IMG/VR virus record: IMGVR_UViG_3300038673_000482
Coordinates: 1 to 40,719 of that record
Strand: one strand, 5' to 3'
DNA length: 40,719 bases
DNA from: a virus
Taxonomy: Duplodnaviria; Caudoviricetes
Shown here: piece by piece, positions 8,394 through 17,478 of the stretch
Layout of the letters: each line of letters begins with the position of its first letter
How positions within the stretch are numbered: the stretch's first letter is position 1
Position numbers and translations under genes: made by a program
Notes under the pieces: generated by a model
What the model was told of the DNA's origin: nothing
What the model saw: the letters and a program-made list of their open reading frames with translations, nothing else
The model's database searches: none

Positions 8394-8947
8394 GCGTTGA
8401 TCACCTCGCCGTTCTTCTTCCCTCCCAGAACAGTTGCCCCGTTCTTCGGTGCAGGGGGTTCAGAGTCCATGAGCTCCCGGGCGAGCTGGAGGCGCTCATA
8501 CGCGGACCTGATCAGCTTATCCGCCTCGACGGGGTCGGCCGCGTTGAACCGAACCTTGAGGACCCCGCCCTTCCCGGGCGTCCCGATCTCGATGCTGTCA
8601 CTGAGCTCGGGGACTGGGACGTGGATATGCCGGATCTCGGTCACTGCCGGCAGGTTGAGAGTCTCCTGGGGCGAGGGCTTTGCGGGAGCTCCTTGAGATG
8701 GGAGATTGGTGACGACCGGGCCAGGGTCGGGCGTGGGACCGAAGTCGCCGGTCTCCACCTGGACGGCAAACATCCCTGTCCTGTTTGGGATCTTCCCCAT
8801 CGCGAGGTGGACGGTCGACCCCACTGGGATCTTGAGCAGTTTCGTCCGCACCTCGACCGACGTGTTGACTTTCCGTCCTGCTACTGTTGCGGTCGGTTGT
8901 CCGTTCTCGAGCCCGATTTTCTCCAGTGGGCCGGAAACGATCTCCAT
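8390..8947 (-). CDS. Hypothetical two-domain protein (N-terminal beta/OB-like part, Pro-rich linker)
   Basis: 185 aa; GGGGGTG RBS; function not recognised. Confidence 0.6.
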   Translation of the reverse strand: MEIVSGPLEKIGLENGQPTATVAGRKVNTSVEVRTKLLKIPVGSTVHLAMGKIPNRTGMFAVQVETGDFGPTPDPGPVVTNLPSQGAPAKPSPQETLNLPAVTEIRHIHVPVPELSDSIEIGTPGKGGVLKVRFNAADPVEADKLIRSAYERLQLARELMDSEPPAPKNGATVLGGKKNGEVINA

Positions 8948-9043
8948 CAGGCCACCCCCCCAGGGGGAATCAATTTTGTCTTCCGTGCCGATTGTACTGA
9001 GACGGCCCTGATCTCACTGATTGCAGTCCGGGGGATCGGTCCG

Positions 9044-9202
9044 TCACTCTGAATTACAGACATCTGCTTTCCTCTTTTCGACATTGTTCATCTGCCAGTA
9101 CCCGCGTTCGAGCATCACTTCCCCGATGCATTCACATCGGAAGTGTGCGTTCACTATCTGGAGGTCCTCCTCAGTCACCGGGCGATGGGGTCGATCTGTC
9201 AT
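9044..9202 (-). CDS. Small hypothetical protein
   Basis: Hand-translated, 52 aa; ATGA-coupled to the upstream RHH gene. Confidence 0.45.
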   Translation of the reverse strand: MTDRPHRPVTEEDLQIVNAHFRCECIGEVMLERGYWQMNNVEKRKADVCNSE

Positions 9203-9372
9203 CCAACTTTGACCCCCTCTGCCCGCGCCATTCGGACCACCGCAGCGACGATCACCGCAGAATTTGAATCAAATTCCGGGTTCTTTTTCCGGATCTGCCC
9301 GAGGAGACCGAACTGCTGTTCAGTCAACCTCATCGCGATGCGTCGCGTTTTCTGTGTGCCTCTTGTAGGCAT
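9199..9372 (-). CDS. RHH-like regulator (Cro-like position), first gene of the early operon
   Basis: Hand-translated MPTRGTQKTRRIAMRLTEQQFGLLGQIRKKNPEFDSNSAVIVAAVVRMARAEG; divergent from the repressor. Confidence 0.65.
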   Translation of the reverse strand: MPTRGTQKTRRIAMRLTEQQFGLLGQIRKKNPEFDSNSAVIVAAVVRMARAEGVKVG

Positions 9373-9386
9373 AATGTATCCTTATC

Positions 9387-9440
9387 GCCATACCAATATT
9401 TATTTGTATGGCTTTGGTGACACTGTGTCAAGATGTGACA
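9387..9440. promoter_or_regulatory. Divergent promoter/operator region
   Basis: Near-palindrome GCCATAC-CAATATTTATTT-GTATGGC (9387-9412) around an AT core; palindromes TGACAC-T-GTGTCA (9418-9430) and TGTCA-N5-TGACA (9426-9440). Confidence 0.7.
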
Positions 9441-9458
9441 ACAAAAGAGTTATTTCAG

Positions 9459-9755
9459 ATGAGTTTCGATCAATCTGTGCTCATGACATCTCCCAGGAGT
9501 GGTAGGACAGAGAAGGTTCAATTCAGACTCCCCGTGCATATACTCGAACGGATCGACGCCCTCATCTCGGAGGATGGAGAGTATTCCACTCGATCGGAGT
9601 TTTTCCGGCACTTGGCTGAGTCATATTTCTCCCATCGTGAAGTGGTTGCGAATCTGGATGACACAATCCAATCTCGTATACAGGAGGGTAGGTACGACAG
9701 CGCGCTCTCTGCGAGGATTGCCAGATTGCTTGCAGATCAATTGCTGAAAAAATAG
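9459..9755 (+). CDS. Ribbon-helix-helix (CopG/Arc-like) repressor
   Basis: TEKVQFRLP..ILERIDALI..GEYSTRSEFFR; start at 9459 or 9483 is more likely than 9408. Confidence 0.85.
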   Translation: MSFDQSVLMTSPRSGRTEKVQFRLPVHILERIDALISEDGEYSTRSEFFRHLAESYFSHREVVANLDDTIQSRIQEGRYDSALSARIARLLADQLLKK

Positions 9756-9873
9756 GTCCAGTGAAAAAACGAACAATTTTTATTCACTCTTGTCATACAC
9801 CTCTGTTTACAAAAAATAGGGGTGTTAAATATTAATATCGACGACAAAATGATTGGATATATCGACTCTTCGC

Positions 9874-11460
9874 CTATTCTTGATGAGATGATCGACTCTT
9901 ACTTATTTGCATTCGTTGATATGCTTCAGGGATCACATCCCAGTGATGGATCACGTCCCGGATCAACTGTTCCCTGTGAGATATTGCCTCTTCTGTGAGT
10001 GGGGCCATACACTTCCCACAAAACTCATTCGTGGGTATGTTGATGTGGTTACAGTTCGGGCATACCCTGGGGCGGTCCTGGACCTCCCTCCTCGGCCTGA
10101 CCTTCTTCGCGACACCTGCCTTCTCCTCGAGTTCTGCATCTATATCCTCGTCCGCGAGGACCCCATAGGTCTTGAGGACCCGAGTGTCGAGGTTGTTCCA
10201 GACACTCTTTTTGATCGTGGTCTCGGAGTATCCGTCCCTGAGCATGTGAGTGACCCGGACCTTCCGAAAGAGGTGAGGGTGGACTCTCTTCTCGATCCCT
10301 GCTCTCTCTGCCATCCCCCTGATGATATACCTCATGGCGTCGTAGGTGAGGGGTCGCCCTCGCTTTGAGTCGATGAATACCAGGGCCTCGGGGTCCTTCC
10401 CCTGGGGGTGGTCCATCCTCCAGGTCGCGACGAGCTGAGAGTATTTGATCACCTTCGAGTGCCTGATCTTCACCCCCGTCTTCTCGTCCCGGATGGTGAC
10501 CGCGATACCTGGGTCGTCGTCTTTCAGGTCCATCCATTTCATCCGGTAGAGTTCCCCGACCCGGGACCCCGTCTCGTAGAGGACTGCGACCAGTGCGCGG
10601 TCTCGGCTGGTGTTCCCTGCCAGTATGAGCCGGTTCACCTCCTCGTTCGTGAGGATCTCATGTGGCATCGTGGTCTGATAGTCCCGGGGGGGGACCTTGA
10701 TCTTCCGGACCTGCTTCTCCTCGAGACCTGACTTCCCATTCTCGATCATCCAGAGTAGGTAGGCTTTCAGAGCCTTGACCCAGTCGTGTTTCGTGTTCTG
10801 TTTGAACGGTTCCCCCCGGGTCGTGGTCCCTGTCATCATCGCACTCACCGCAGCATGAACCTCCTTGATCTTTGCTTTGTGATAGGGGGCCTTGAGGAAT
10901 CGCTTCCAGTAGATGAGGTCCGAGGTGGTTTTGATGACACGGTGGATCTTGATATGCCTGGTTGCGCGGAGCTCCTGGATGAACTCGCGCAGGTCGGCCT
11001 CTTCCTGCTCGTCGATCAGACCCTTCTCGCGCCCCCTAGGGTAGAGACGGAGATACCTCTTCTCGGTAAGACCCGGATAGAATTGAGTGGGGGGTGATCT
11101 CATACCCCTCTTTCTGCGCCTGGTAGGCAATGAAGATTTGCATGAGAGTTGTAGTTCAACCGATAACGCCGAGGGGGAGAGTTCGGGAATGAACTCCAAC
11201 TCCCCTACACGATCCCAGGTCCGGCCGCGCCTGGATCTCCTCTCATATCCGAGCTCCCGCAGGACCCGGGAGATACAATGGAAGAGCCGGTTCGCACCGA
11301 ACCGGGCGACCCCCAGGGAGACAATATCGTCATAGAGTTGTGTGTCGGAGATCACAAGAGGGTATCGGTCGTCCCCACTATGATTGAGAAGGTACTTGAC
11401 CACAAGGGGGCGGACGACGAGGTAGTCCCAGGAGTTTCTCGCGTAGAAATCCCCCGCCAT
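9874..11460 (-). CDS. int: Tyrosine integrase with C-terminal Zn ribbon; in-frame N-terminal extension 11460-11104, core probably from ATG 11103
   Basis: RDRALVAVLYETGSRVGEL, EKT, HPHLFR, W, catalytic Y in KTYG; CPNC...CGKC. Confidence 0.92.
   Translation of the reverse strand: MAGDFYARNSWDYLVVRPLVVKYLLNHSGDDRYPLVISDTQLYDDIVSLGVARFGANRLFHCISRVLRELGYERRSRRGRTWDRVGELEFIPELSPSALSVELQLSCKSSLPTRRRKRGMRSPPTQFYPGLTEKRYLRLYPRGREKGLIDEQEEADLREFIQELRATRHIKIHRVIKTTSDLIYWKRFLKAPYHKAKIKEVHAAVSAMMTGTTTRGEPFKQNTKHDWVKALKAYLLWMIENGKSGLEEKQVRKIKVPPRDYQTTMPHEILTNEEVNRLILAGNTSRDRALVAVLYETGSRVGELYRMKWMDLKDDDPGIAVTIRDEKTGVKIRHSKVIKYSQLVATWRMDHPQGKDPEALVFIDSKRGRPLTYDAMRYIIRGMAERAGIEKRVHPHLFRKVRVTHMLRDGYSETTIKKSVWNNLDTRVLKTYGVLADEDIDAELEEKAGVAKKVRPRREVQDRPRVCPNCNHINIPTNEFCGKCMAPLTEEAISHREQLIRDVIHHWDVIPEAYQRMQISKSRSSHQE
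11167..11180 (-). other. Candidate attP core resembling a tRNA-Ser 3' end
   Basis: TCTCCCCCTCGGCG parses as T-stem 3' strand CTCCC, acceptor strand CCTCGGC and discriminator G; adjacent inverted repeat GAGTTC-N6-GAACTC (11179-11196). Confidence 0.45.
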
Positions 11461-11696
11461 TGGGGAGATATGTCCCTGGGAGAAAAATAGATTAGTCCCT
11501 GGTGGACCCCTGGGAGGGCCGGCGGCCGTTCGGCGGCCGGGTCGGGGTGGAGACCCCGCAGTGTCCTTCACAGGGGCGGCCCTGGACCTTTCCCCCACTG
11601 AATACGCATCCGGCGATACACGGGGTAGTGGCAGACGATCTCCTCGCCATAGTTGGTAGTGGGTAGACAGGGGTTATATATGGGATTCAGGGGGGG

Positions 11697-13190
11697 TTAT
11701 CCCCGGAAAAAAACGATGTGGCACTTCGCGGGATGGTGCGTCTGAATCCACTGCCCGTCTCTATATTCGCTTGTCCAGTATTGAGGACTCCCTCCGATCC
11801 CGACACTCATAGTATTCACCCCAGATACCAGATTTTTCAAGGGGTAGTACGTCGCTTCGTTGAGGTCAAAGTAGGCATAATCCAATACGCCATCATCAGC
11901 GAGGAGATATTGGTATGTATAATAGTCCCACCCCCACCTCCACCAGGATGAGACAATATTTGCGTTATAGTAATCCATTGCTCGAGAGTAGGTAGATGTA
12001 TCCGTCCATCCTCCGACGCTATGGTAAGGGTCGTCTATCAGGGGGATCAGAGTGCAGACGTACGACTCCCGGACGTTGAGATAGTCCGGAGTGTTCGGCC
12101 ACATAAATTCTCCCTCGTGGATGATCGGAATTACGACTGTCTCCCAGGACCCGAAGAAGAACGGAGTGTATTTTCCGGAATTTGACCAGTTATTTATCCA
12201 GTGGCTCCCATGTGATGGCGGGTCATGAGTGATCCTTGTCCAGGTCCCTCCTTCCACTGTCTCGTATATCTCAAGTTCGCCGAGGGTAGGCCCAAAATAG
12301 CCGCGTAGGTTCACAAAAGTAATTGAGGACTTCCCCTGATCCGATATGGCCAATTTCGGATATATACAGTCATACCCCTCATGAGGCCCCGGCACAACTG
12401 TTACAGGGGAGGACCAGGAGTGATCTGATAATTCCCGTATCTCCATCAATCCCCTGCTGCCCCATTCGTCGAACACCACTCGCCCGAGGTTGGTGTTAGG
12501 TGCGACCCTCACGGAGGGGGTCCGGTAAACATGAAATTGATTCGTATCAAGCACCCGGGCCGATGTCCAATGATCAGGATTTGGGGGGCTTGCCGTGGAT
12601 ATTTTTTTGAACACATACAAGGGTTTGGGTGCATCGGGGTCCGAGAAGGACGCCCCAACCTCCTTTATTTGTACTACAACGTAAATAATTCCGTTATTTT
12701 TTCCAATATCGACGTCATAATGTCCCCATCCTAAATCATATCCTTCTGGGAATGGGACTGATTCCTGGACCCACACTCCATCGAATTGCCGATAATAATG
12801 GATTATCTCTCCTCCTTCGACCCAGAAGAGGTGAGGGGTATAATCCCCGGAGAAGGGATCAAGCAAAAACTTTAGATTTCCCCCGTTCCAGTCTTTTATT
12901 AGGAGAATTTTTACCCACCCCGGGTCTGTCCCGGTCGGCCAGTCCTTCGGGTTCGACCCATTTGAGACCCAGTACCAGAGACCTCTCGAGTCTCCAGAGG
13001 ATGTGCCGATAAATCCCCCTCTCCCATCCGCAGAGTAGGTGATCGTATCCCCGACCCCAGGGGACCCTCCGCCAGCCGCGACCCCGTCCGGACTATAGAG
13101 GATTGTGTCCCCCGCCCCTGGGGCTGAATCAGTGACCCCGACGAATCCTCCCTTCCCGTCAGGGGAATACTGTACTGTCTCTCCCGTCAT
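11697..13190 (-). CDS. Putative receptor-binding adhesin (beta-propeller-like, Trp/Tyr-rich)
   Basis: Last gene of the tail module; three N-terminal GxTxxYSxDG repeats; visibly lower GC; ATG 13190 overlaps the upstream stop. Confidence 0.65.
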   Translation of the reverse strand: MTGETVQYSPDGKGGFVGVTDSAPGAGDTILYSPDGVAAGGGSPGVGDTITYSADGRGGFIGTSSGDSRGLWYWVSNGSNPKDWPTGTDPGWVKILLIKDWNGGNLKFLLDPFSGDYTPHLFWVEGGEIIHYYRQFDGVWVQESVPFPEGYDLGWGHYDVDIGKNNGIIYVVVQIKEVGASFSDPDAPKPLYVFKKISTASPPNPDHWTSARVLDTNQFHVYRTPSVRVAPNTNLGRVVFDEWGSRGLMEIRELSDHSWSSPVTVVPGPHEGYDCIYPKLAISDQGKSSITFVNLRGYFGPTLGELEIYETVEGGTWTRITHDPPSHGSHWINNWSNSGKYTPFFFGSWETVVIPIIHEGEFMWPNTPDYLNVRESYVCTLIPLIDDPYHSVGGWTDTSTYSRAMDYYNANIVSSWWRWGWDYYTYQYLLADDGVLDYAYFDLNEATYYPLKNLVSGVNTMSVGIGGSPQYWTSEYRDGQWIQTHHPAKCHIVFFRG

Positions 13191-15046
13191 AACTGAACCC
13201 GGACCCATATCGGGCCGTCCGCGCCCTGGACCTGGACCATTTTCCCATCAGGAGACGTCTGGATGACGAGGCCCTGGGCGGCAGGGGGAGACTTCTGGGT
13301 CGCGAGCTGCATCGCCTTCGCGGCATCGGCGAAGTCGGCGAGGACCCAGTCCTCCGGGTGCCCGAACTCCACCTTCACAGTCCCCGAGAGGTCCCAGGTG
13401 AGACCCGTGATCCGGTGATTGGTCGATCCCGCCTCTGCATACTCGAGGAGGGTGAACGTGTCGCCGACGTCCATGGTGGAAGGGAAAGAGGCGAGGGGGA
13501 CCCGGAACGAGCCCCCTGGGAGGAGGTCCTTGAGTTCAATGAGGGCGGCCCCCGCCCATTTGTCGAGACCGTCGCGGTCCGCAGCCCCGATCACTGACTG
13601 CCGCATCCCCCTCTCCCCATAGAGTCCGATCGAGCTGAGCGGTTCCGGATCCTCGTTCGTGCTGTCTGCAGAGAGGACCAGGGTCCCCGATTTGTGTGCG
13701 TAGGGGGTGGTGTCGTCGACGCCCCTCGTGAGGTTCTGGAGCTTTGACCCATAGACTCCTGTGACCCGGATCTTCTCCGACCCGATCCAGACATACTGGG
13801 GATACCCCATCCCCTGGGAGAGGTCGGACATTGACTCGATTGACAGGCCGGTGATCTCCAGGACCGGGTCGCCGACATGGTGGGCGACGGCGACGGTCCC
13901 CCCAGTCCCCCGGGTGACGGTCAGTAGGTTTCCTGACTTCCCGGATATGGTCATCTTCTCATCGCCGATCTGGATGATGTCCCCGACCGCGTAGTTCAGG
14001 GCACTCTCCAGGTCGAAGGAGGTGTCGGTGGAGACTATATTCTCGGCGAGGACAGACTCGGATGAGGCCAACCTGGTGATCCGCCTCGTATTTGCGTTGA
14101 GTGTCGTCGAGGTCCCCTGCATTTCAGAGGAGGACCCGATCGCAGTGATCGAGTTGTATATATCGTCCTTTGAGGCCGACCGGGTGAGCTCGAGGGCCGT
14201 GAGCCTCGGGGTCCATGTGGCCTTCGGGATCGTAGACCCCCGGTATGACCTGCAGTGGATCGTGTGGACGTCGTCCTCGGTCGTCACCCACCAGTCAAAC
14301 CCACTCATCAGGCAGAGGTTCGCCAGGTGCATGAGGTTGTTCCCGAGTTCCATCCGGTAGTCCATCTTGATCCCGAGCTCGATGTCCGAGTCCCATCCTG
14401 GGGGGACGAGGAGGTTCAGAAGTTCTCCCGTCCTCGCACCCTTATGGATCGTCTTCGTGGTGACCTGGATGTCCCGGATCCTCGTCGCGATCCCTACAAA
14501 ATCCACCTGGACCTCGTTCGTGATCTCGATTCTCTCGACGTGCGAGACGACCCCCACCATGATCAGCCTGCCCCCCAGATAGACCGAGATGTCGTCGCCC
14601 TCCTCCGGACCTGGGTGGATGAAGACCCGAGACCCGTAGGGGTGTGTCCCCTGGGGCGTTCCCTCGTCCCCCCTGGTGAGGCCGGTAAGCTCGAACTGCA
14701 GGGGATCCGGTGGGGTGTATCCCCCAGGGTTCGAGAGGTATGTGGCGAGCTCCGTCTCGAACCTGGTGATCGGGTTGATCTCGGTCCTCCCTGTATACCG
14801 GATCACCTCGTCCCGGACCTTGACCTTCCCAGTCAGGCCGAAGTTGTTGACGTGATCGCAGACAAGGACGTTCCCGCCATCCACGAGGAGAGTTGAGGAC
14901 GTCAGGTTCAGGGTCGCCCTCCCTACCCCTACCTGGTTGAGCTTCTGGTCGACCTTGAGGTCATGGATGTTCGAGGCACGGTATTCCGCCCCGTTGATGT
15001 AGATCATCGCCCTGGGGATTGGGCCTGGGGGTGTGGGGGCCGGCAT
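13187..15046 (-). CDS. Baseplate hub/Tal-like tail protein
   Basis: Position after the Dit-like gene; IYNSITAIG, SSIGLYGER and TMDVGDT..L hub-like motifs; three E-x-I...LTRG..GT...H..G repeats. Confidence 0.75.
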   Translation of the reverse strand: MPAPTPPGPIPRAMIYINGAEYRASNIHDLKVDQKLNQVGVGRATLNLTSSTLLVDGGNVLVCDHVNNFGLTGKVKVRDEVIRYTGRTEINPITRFETELATYLSNPGGYTPPDPLQFELTGLTRGDEGTPQGTHPYGSRVFIHPGPEEGDDISVYLGGRLIMVGVVSHVERIEITNEVQVDFVGIATRIRDIQVTTKTIHKGARTGELLNLLVPPGWDSDIELGIKMDYRMELGNNLMHLANLCLMSGFDWWVTTEDDVHTIHCRSYRGSTIPKATWTPRLTALELTRSASKDDIYNSITAIGSSSEMQGTSTTLNANTRRITRLASSESVLAENIVSTDTSFDLESALNYAVGDIIQIGDEKMTISGKSGNLLTVTRGTGGTVAVAHHVGDPVLEITGLSIESMSDLSQGMGYPQYVWIGSEKIRVTGVYGSKLQNLTRGVDDTTPYAHKSGTLVLSADSTNEDPEPLSSIGLYGERGMRQSVIGAADRDGLDKWAGAALIELKDLLPGGSFRVPLASFPSTMDVGDTFTLLEYAEAGSTNHRITGLTWDLSGTVKVEFGHPEDWVLADFADAAKAMQLATQKSPPAAQGLVIQTSPDGKMVQVQGADGPIWVRVQL

Positions 15047-15047
15047 C

Positions 15048-15464
15048 TCACTCCCCCTGGGTGATCTTCCGGAAGATGATGTTGTATGGGATCATCCCCT
15101 TGGTCCCCGAGTCCCGGTCTATGTCGATAGTATGCAGTTTGACGTAGAGGTCGGGCTCCTCAAACCCATCCTGGGACCAGTGCATCTGGTAGATGATCGA
15201 CTTCGTCTCATTCTCGATCACGAACCGGAGGAGCCGGGCGAATGCAGGGAGACCGTCGAATTTTCCCGCATCGTCATTCTTCCAGGTCCCGACGACGCGG
15301 AGGGTCCGGGCAGAGAGGAGGGGGTCGAGGGAGATGGCCCCCTTCGGGATCTCGAGTTCTGATAGGTGCTTGTCGAGGTGGAGGTAGACGTGGCATCCCG
15401 GGAAATAGAAGGTATGGCCCTCCCCCCCAGGGATAGGTTCGATGAAGACGTTTTTATCAGCCAT
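15048..15464 (-). CDS. Distal tail (Dit-like) protein (start revised to MADKNV)
   Basis: Synteny between tape measure and hub; 138 aa. Confidence 0.55.
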   Translation of the reverse strand: MADKNVFIEPIPGGEGHTFYFPGCHVYLHLDKHLSELEIPKGAISLDPLLSARTLRVVGTWKNDDAGKFDGLPAFARLLRFVIENETKSIIYQMHWSQDGFEEPDLYVKLHTIDIDRDSGTKGMIPYNIIFRKITQGE

Positions 15465-16788
15465 AGAAATTCGTCCTCTTGAGCTGCTGGGCGTTCGTCC
15501 TGTTGGACATCTCCGCGATCTGGTCCATGAGCGATCGGTTCCCTGCCATGTTCGGGTCGATGTTGAACGTCGCATTCTGGATCGTGACGCTCATCTCCTG
15601 CCCCCTTGACGTAGGAGAGGCTGCCAGAGTCCCCCCCTGGGGCGAGGACAGGGTAGGGGTGGCCGGCTCGTTCGCGTAATACTTCGCGAGGATCTGCTCG
15701 AATTTCTCCGAGTCCATCTTCGGGAGGCCTCCAGCCGAGGACCCCTTATTCCACCATTCGTCTTTGTAGTCGTATCCCCAGGAGAGAAACGATTTGATGG
15801 CGTTATCCTCCTCGTTCCATCCTGCATGGGGAGGGACGAACTCATATTTCGGGAGCGCGATGTTCTTCTCCCGGAGGAAGTTCGCATACTCCTGTGGGGT
15901 CATCCCCATCTCGCGCATCTGGGTGATGATCTTCCCCCACCCCTCGGTATCCCCCATGGTGTCGCCCTGGTCTGTTCTCCCCCCGGTCCCGCCCCCCATC
16001 TCCCGGACGTGTTTCTCCAGCTCCTGGGCGTATTTGTCATACTGGTCGAGGTGTTTGATGAGCGGGGACTCCTTCATCCCTGGGAGACGGGCGAACGTGC
16101 TGTTGTAGAGTTCGATGAAGAAGTTCATCCGGTCGATCCAGAAGTTGTCCCAGGCGAGAGACATATCGTCGAGCCAGTTCAGGAGCGCGGCCTTCGCGTC
16201 CCCGACAAAGTCTCCCAGGGCCTTGAATGCCCCGGCATTCCGGAGGAGGAGGACGATCTCGATCCCGATCATTACCCCTGCCAATGCTCCCAGGACGATC
16301 CCGAGGGTCCCGGCCGCGATCCCTGTCGCGATGAGGGCTTTGTGGACCCCCCAGAGTGCTGCGGCCCCCACCACTGCGAATGCGATCATGTCCTTGAATC
16401 CAGAGGGCAGGTTGTTGAGGGCCTTCCCGAGCTCGATGAACCATCCGACGACGACCATGAGGTAGGGGAGGAGCTGGATCAGGATGACGTCCGCGACGAA
16501 TCCGATCGACCGGCCGAGGAGGTCCATCATCGTGTGTGCGACACTCGAGTATCGGATCGTCGCATAGATGGCTGTCACTGCCCCCCCGACGAGCATGAGC
16601 TCATACTTCCATCTCTTCAAGAAGTCTTCGATCTTCGGAGCTGCGTCCTCCGCGTCCTTCTTCGCACCCTGCATTCCATTTGATTGAGTGTCGTAAAATT
16701 CTCTGGCCTGCTGGGTCGCCTCCTCTGCCCCCTGGAGGTTGATAAGGATCTGGATGAACTTCTTGATCGTGTCTGTTTCCCCTTTCAT
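15457..16788 (-). CDS. Tape measure protein (short, 443 aa)
   Basis: Follows the chaperone; Ala/Gly-rich helical body with hydrophobic segments; C-terminal VTIQNATFNI. Confidence 0.8.
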   Translation of the reverse strand: MKGETDTIKKFIQILINLQGAEEATQQAREFYDTQSNGMQGAKKDAEDAAPKIEDFLKRWKYELMLVGGAVTAIYATIRYSSVAHTMMDLLGRSIGFVADVILIQLLPYLMVVVGWFIELGKALNNLPSGFKDMIAFAVVGAAALWGVHKALIATGIAAGTLGIVLGALAGVMIGIEIVLLLRNAGAFKALGDFVGDAKAALLNWLDDMSLAWDNFWIDRMNFFIELYNSTFARLPGMKESPLIKHLDQYDKYAQELEKHVREMGGGTGGRTDQGDTMGDTEGWGKIITQMREMGMTPQEYANFLREKNIALPKYEFVPPHAGWNEEDNAIKSFLSWGYDYKDEWWNKGSSAGGLPKMDSEKFEQILAKYYANEPATPTLSSPQGGTLAASPTSRGQEMSVTIQNATFNIDPNMAGNRSLMDQIAEMSNRTNAQQLKRTNFYG

Positions 16789-16943
16789 GGCATCTGTCTC
16801 CTCTGTGAATTGTTGTGCCGGGCCTCCAGGGCGTGGATCAGGAACATCCGGTCGATCGGATTGATCTCTCCCTGCTCGGACGGGAGTTTGCCCGTCGTCT
16901 CGAACAGGTAGAGCATGAACTGACCCTCATTTGTCTGGGCGAA
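16785..16943 (-). CDS. Tail assembly chaperone extension (gpT-like), predicted to be reached by +1 frameshift
   Basis: The +1 frame from TTC at 16943 gives FAQTNEGQFMLYLFETTGKLPSEQ...QMP*, whose TGA overlaps the tape measure ATG. Confidence 0.7.
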   Translation of the reverse strand, partial: FAQTNEGQFMLYLFETTGKLPSEQGEINPIDRMFLIHALEARHNNSQRRQMP

Positions 16944-17478
16944 AGGATTTGACGTCCTCCGCAGACTTCGCGATCGTATTGAAGATCCGGTCCATCATCA
17001 CGAGGGCATATCCGGATCCCTTGATCTTGCCCCTCACCCCCTTGTCGATCACGGCCCAGGTCCTCCAGTCATTCCAGGGCTCCTCCATGCAGACGCCGGC
17101 GAGGATCTCATACATCGGCCGCATGACCTTGAGGTCATTGACCCGGATCTTATCGGGGTCCTGCCCCAGGGCGAGGGCATTCTCCCGGGCGGCCTTATAC
17201 ATCTCGATGAGTTCCTCCTGGAGGCGGCCCTGCCTCCTCCGGATCTCGTAGGGGACGGCGGCCCTTACCTTGATCTTGACACTCTCCTTCCCGTCACCGA
17301 AGAAGACGTATTTATACTGTTTCTCTGCGATCGAGAGGAAGGATCTGACCTCGTCCAGTTTCTTCTCATGTTCCTGAACGAATGTCTCGAGTTCCTGGTC
17401 CTCAAGATCCTCCCATTCTTCATCTGCTGGGAGGAGTGTGGAGTTCGGGGGTTCCTCCCCGGGGGACTTCATACTCAT
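16927..17478 (-). CDS. Tail assembly chaperone (gpG-like)
   Basis: Between tail tube and tape measure; acidic and helical; ends KSFRPDK over TCC TTT CGC. Confidence 0.75.
   Translation of the reverse strand: MSMKSPGEEPPNSTLLPADEEWEDLEDQELETFVQEHEKKLDEVRSFLSIAEKQYKYVFFGDGKESVKIKVRAAVPYEIRRRQGRLQEELIEMYKAARENALALGQDPDKIRVNDLKVMRPMYEILAGVCMEEPWNDWRTWAVIDKGVRGKIKGSGYALVMMDRIFNTIAKSAEDVKSFRPDK

Noticed and set aside
11160-11210. Complete tRNA gene
   Set aside because: Only a 14-nt 3'-end-like fragment; no D or anticodon arm could be built. I found no tRNA gene elsewhere by eye.
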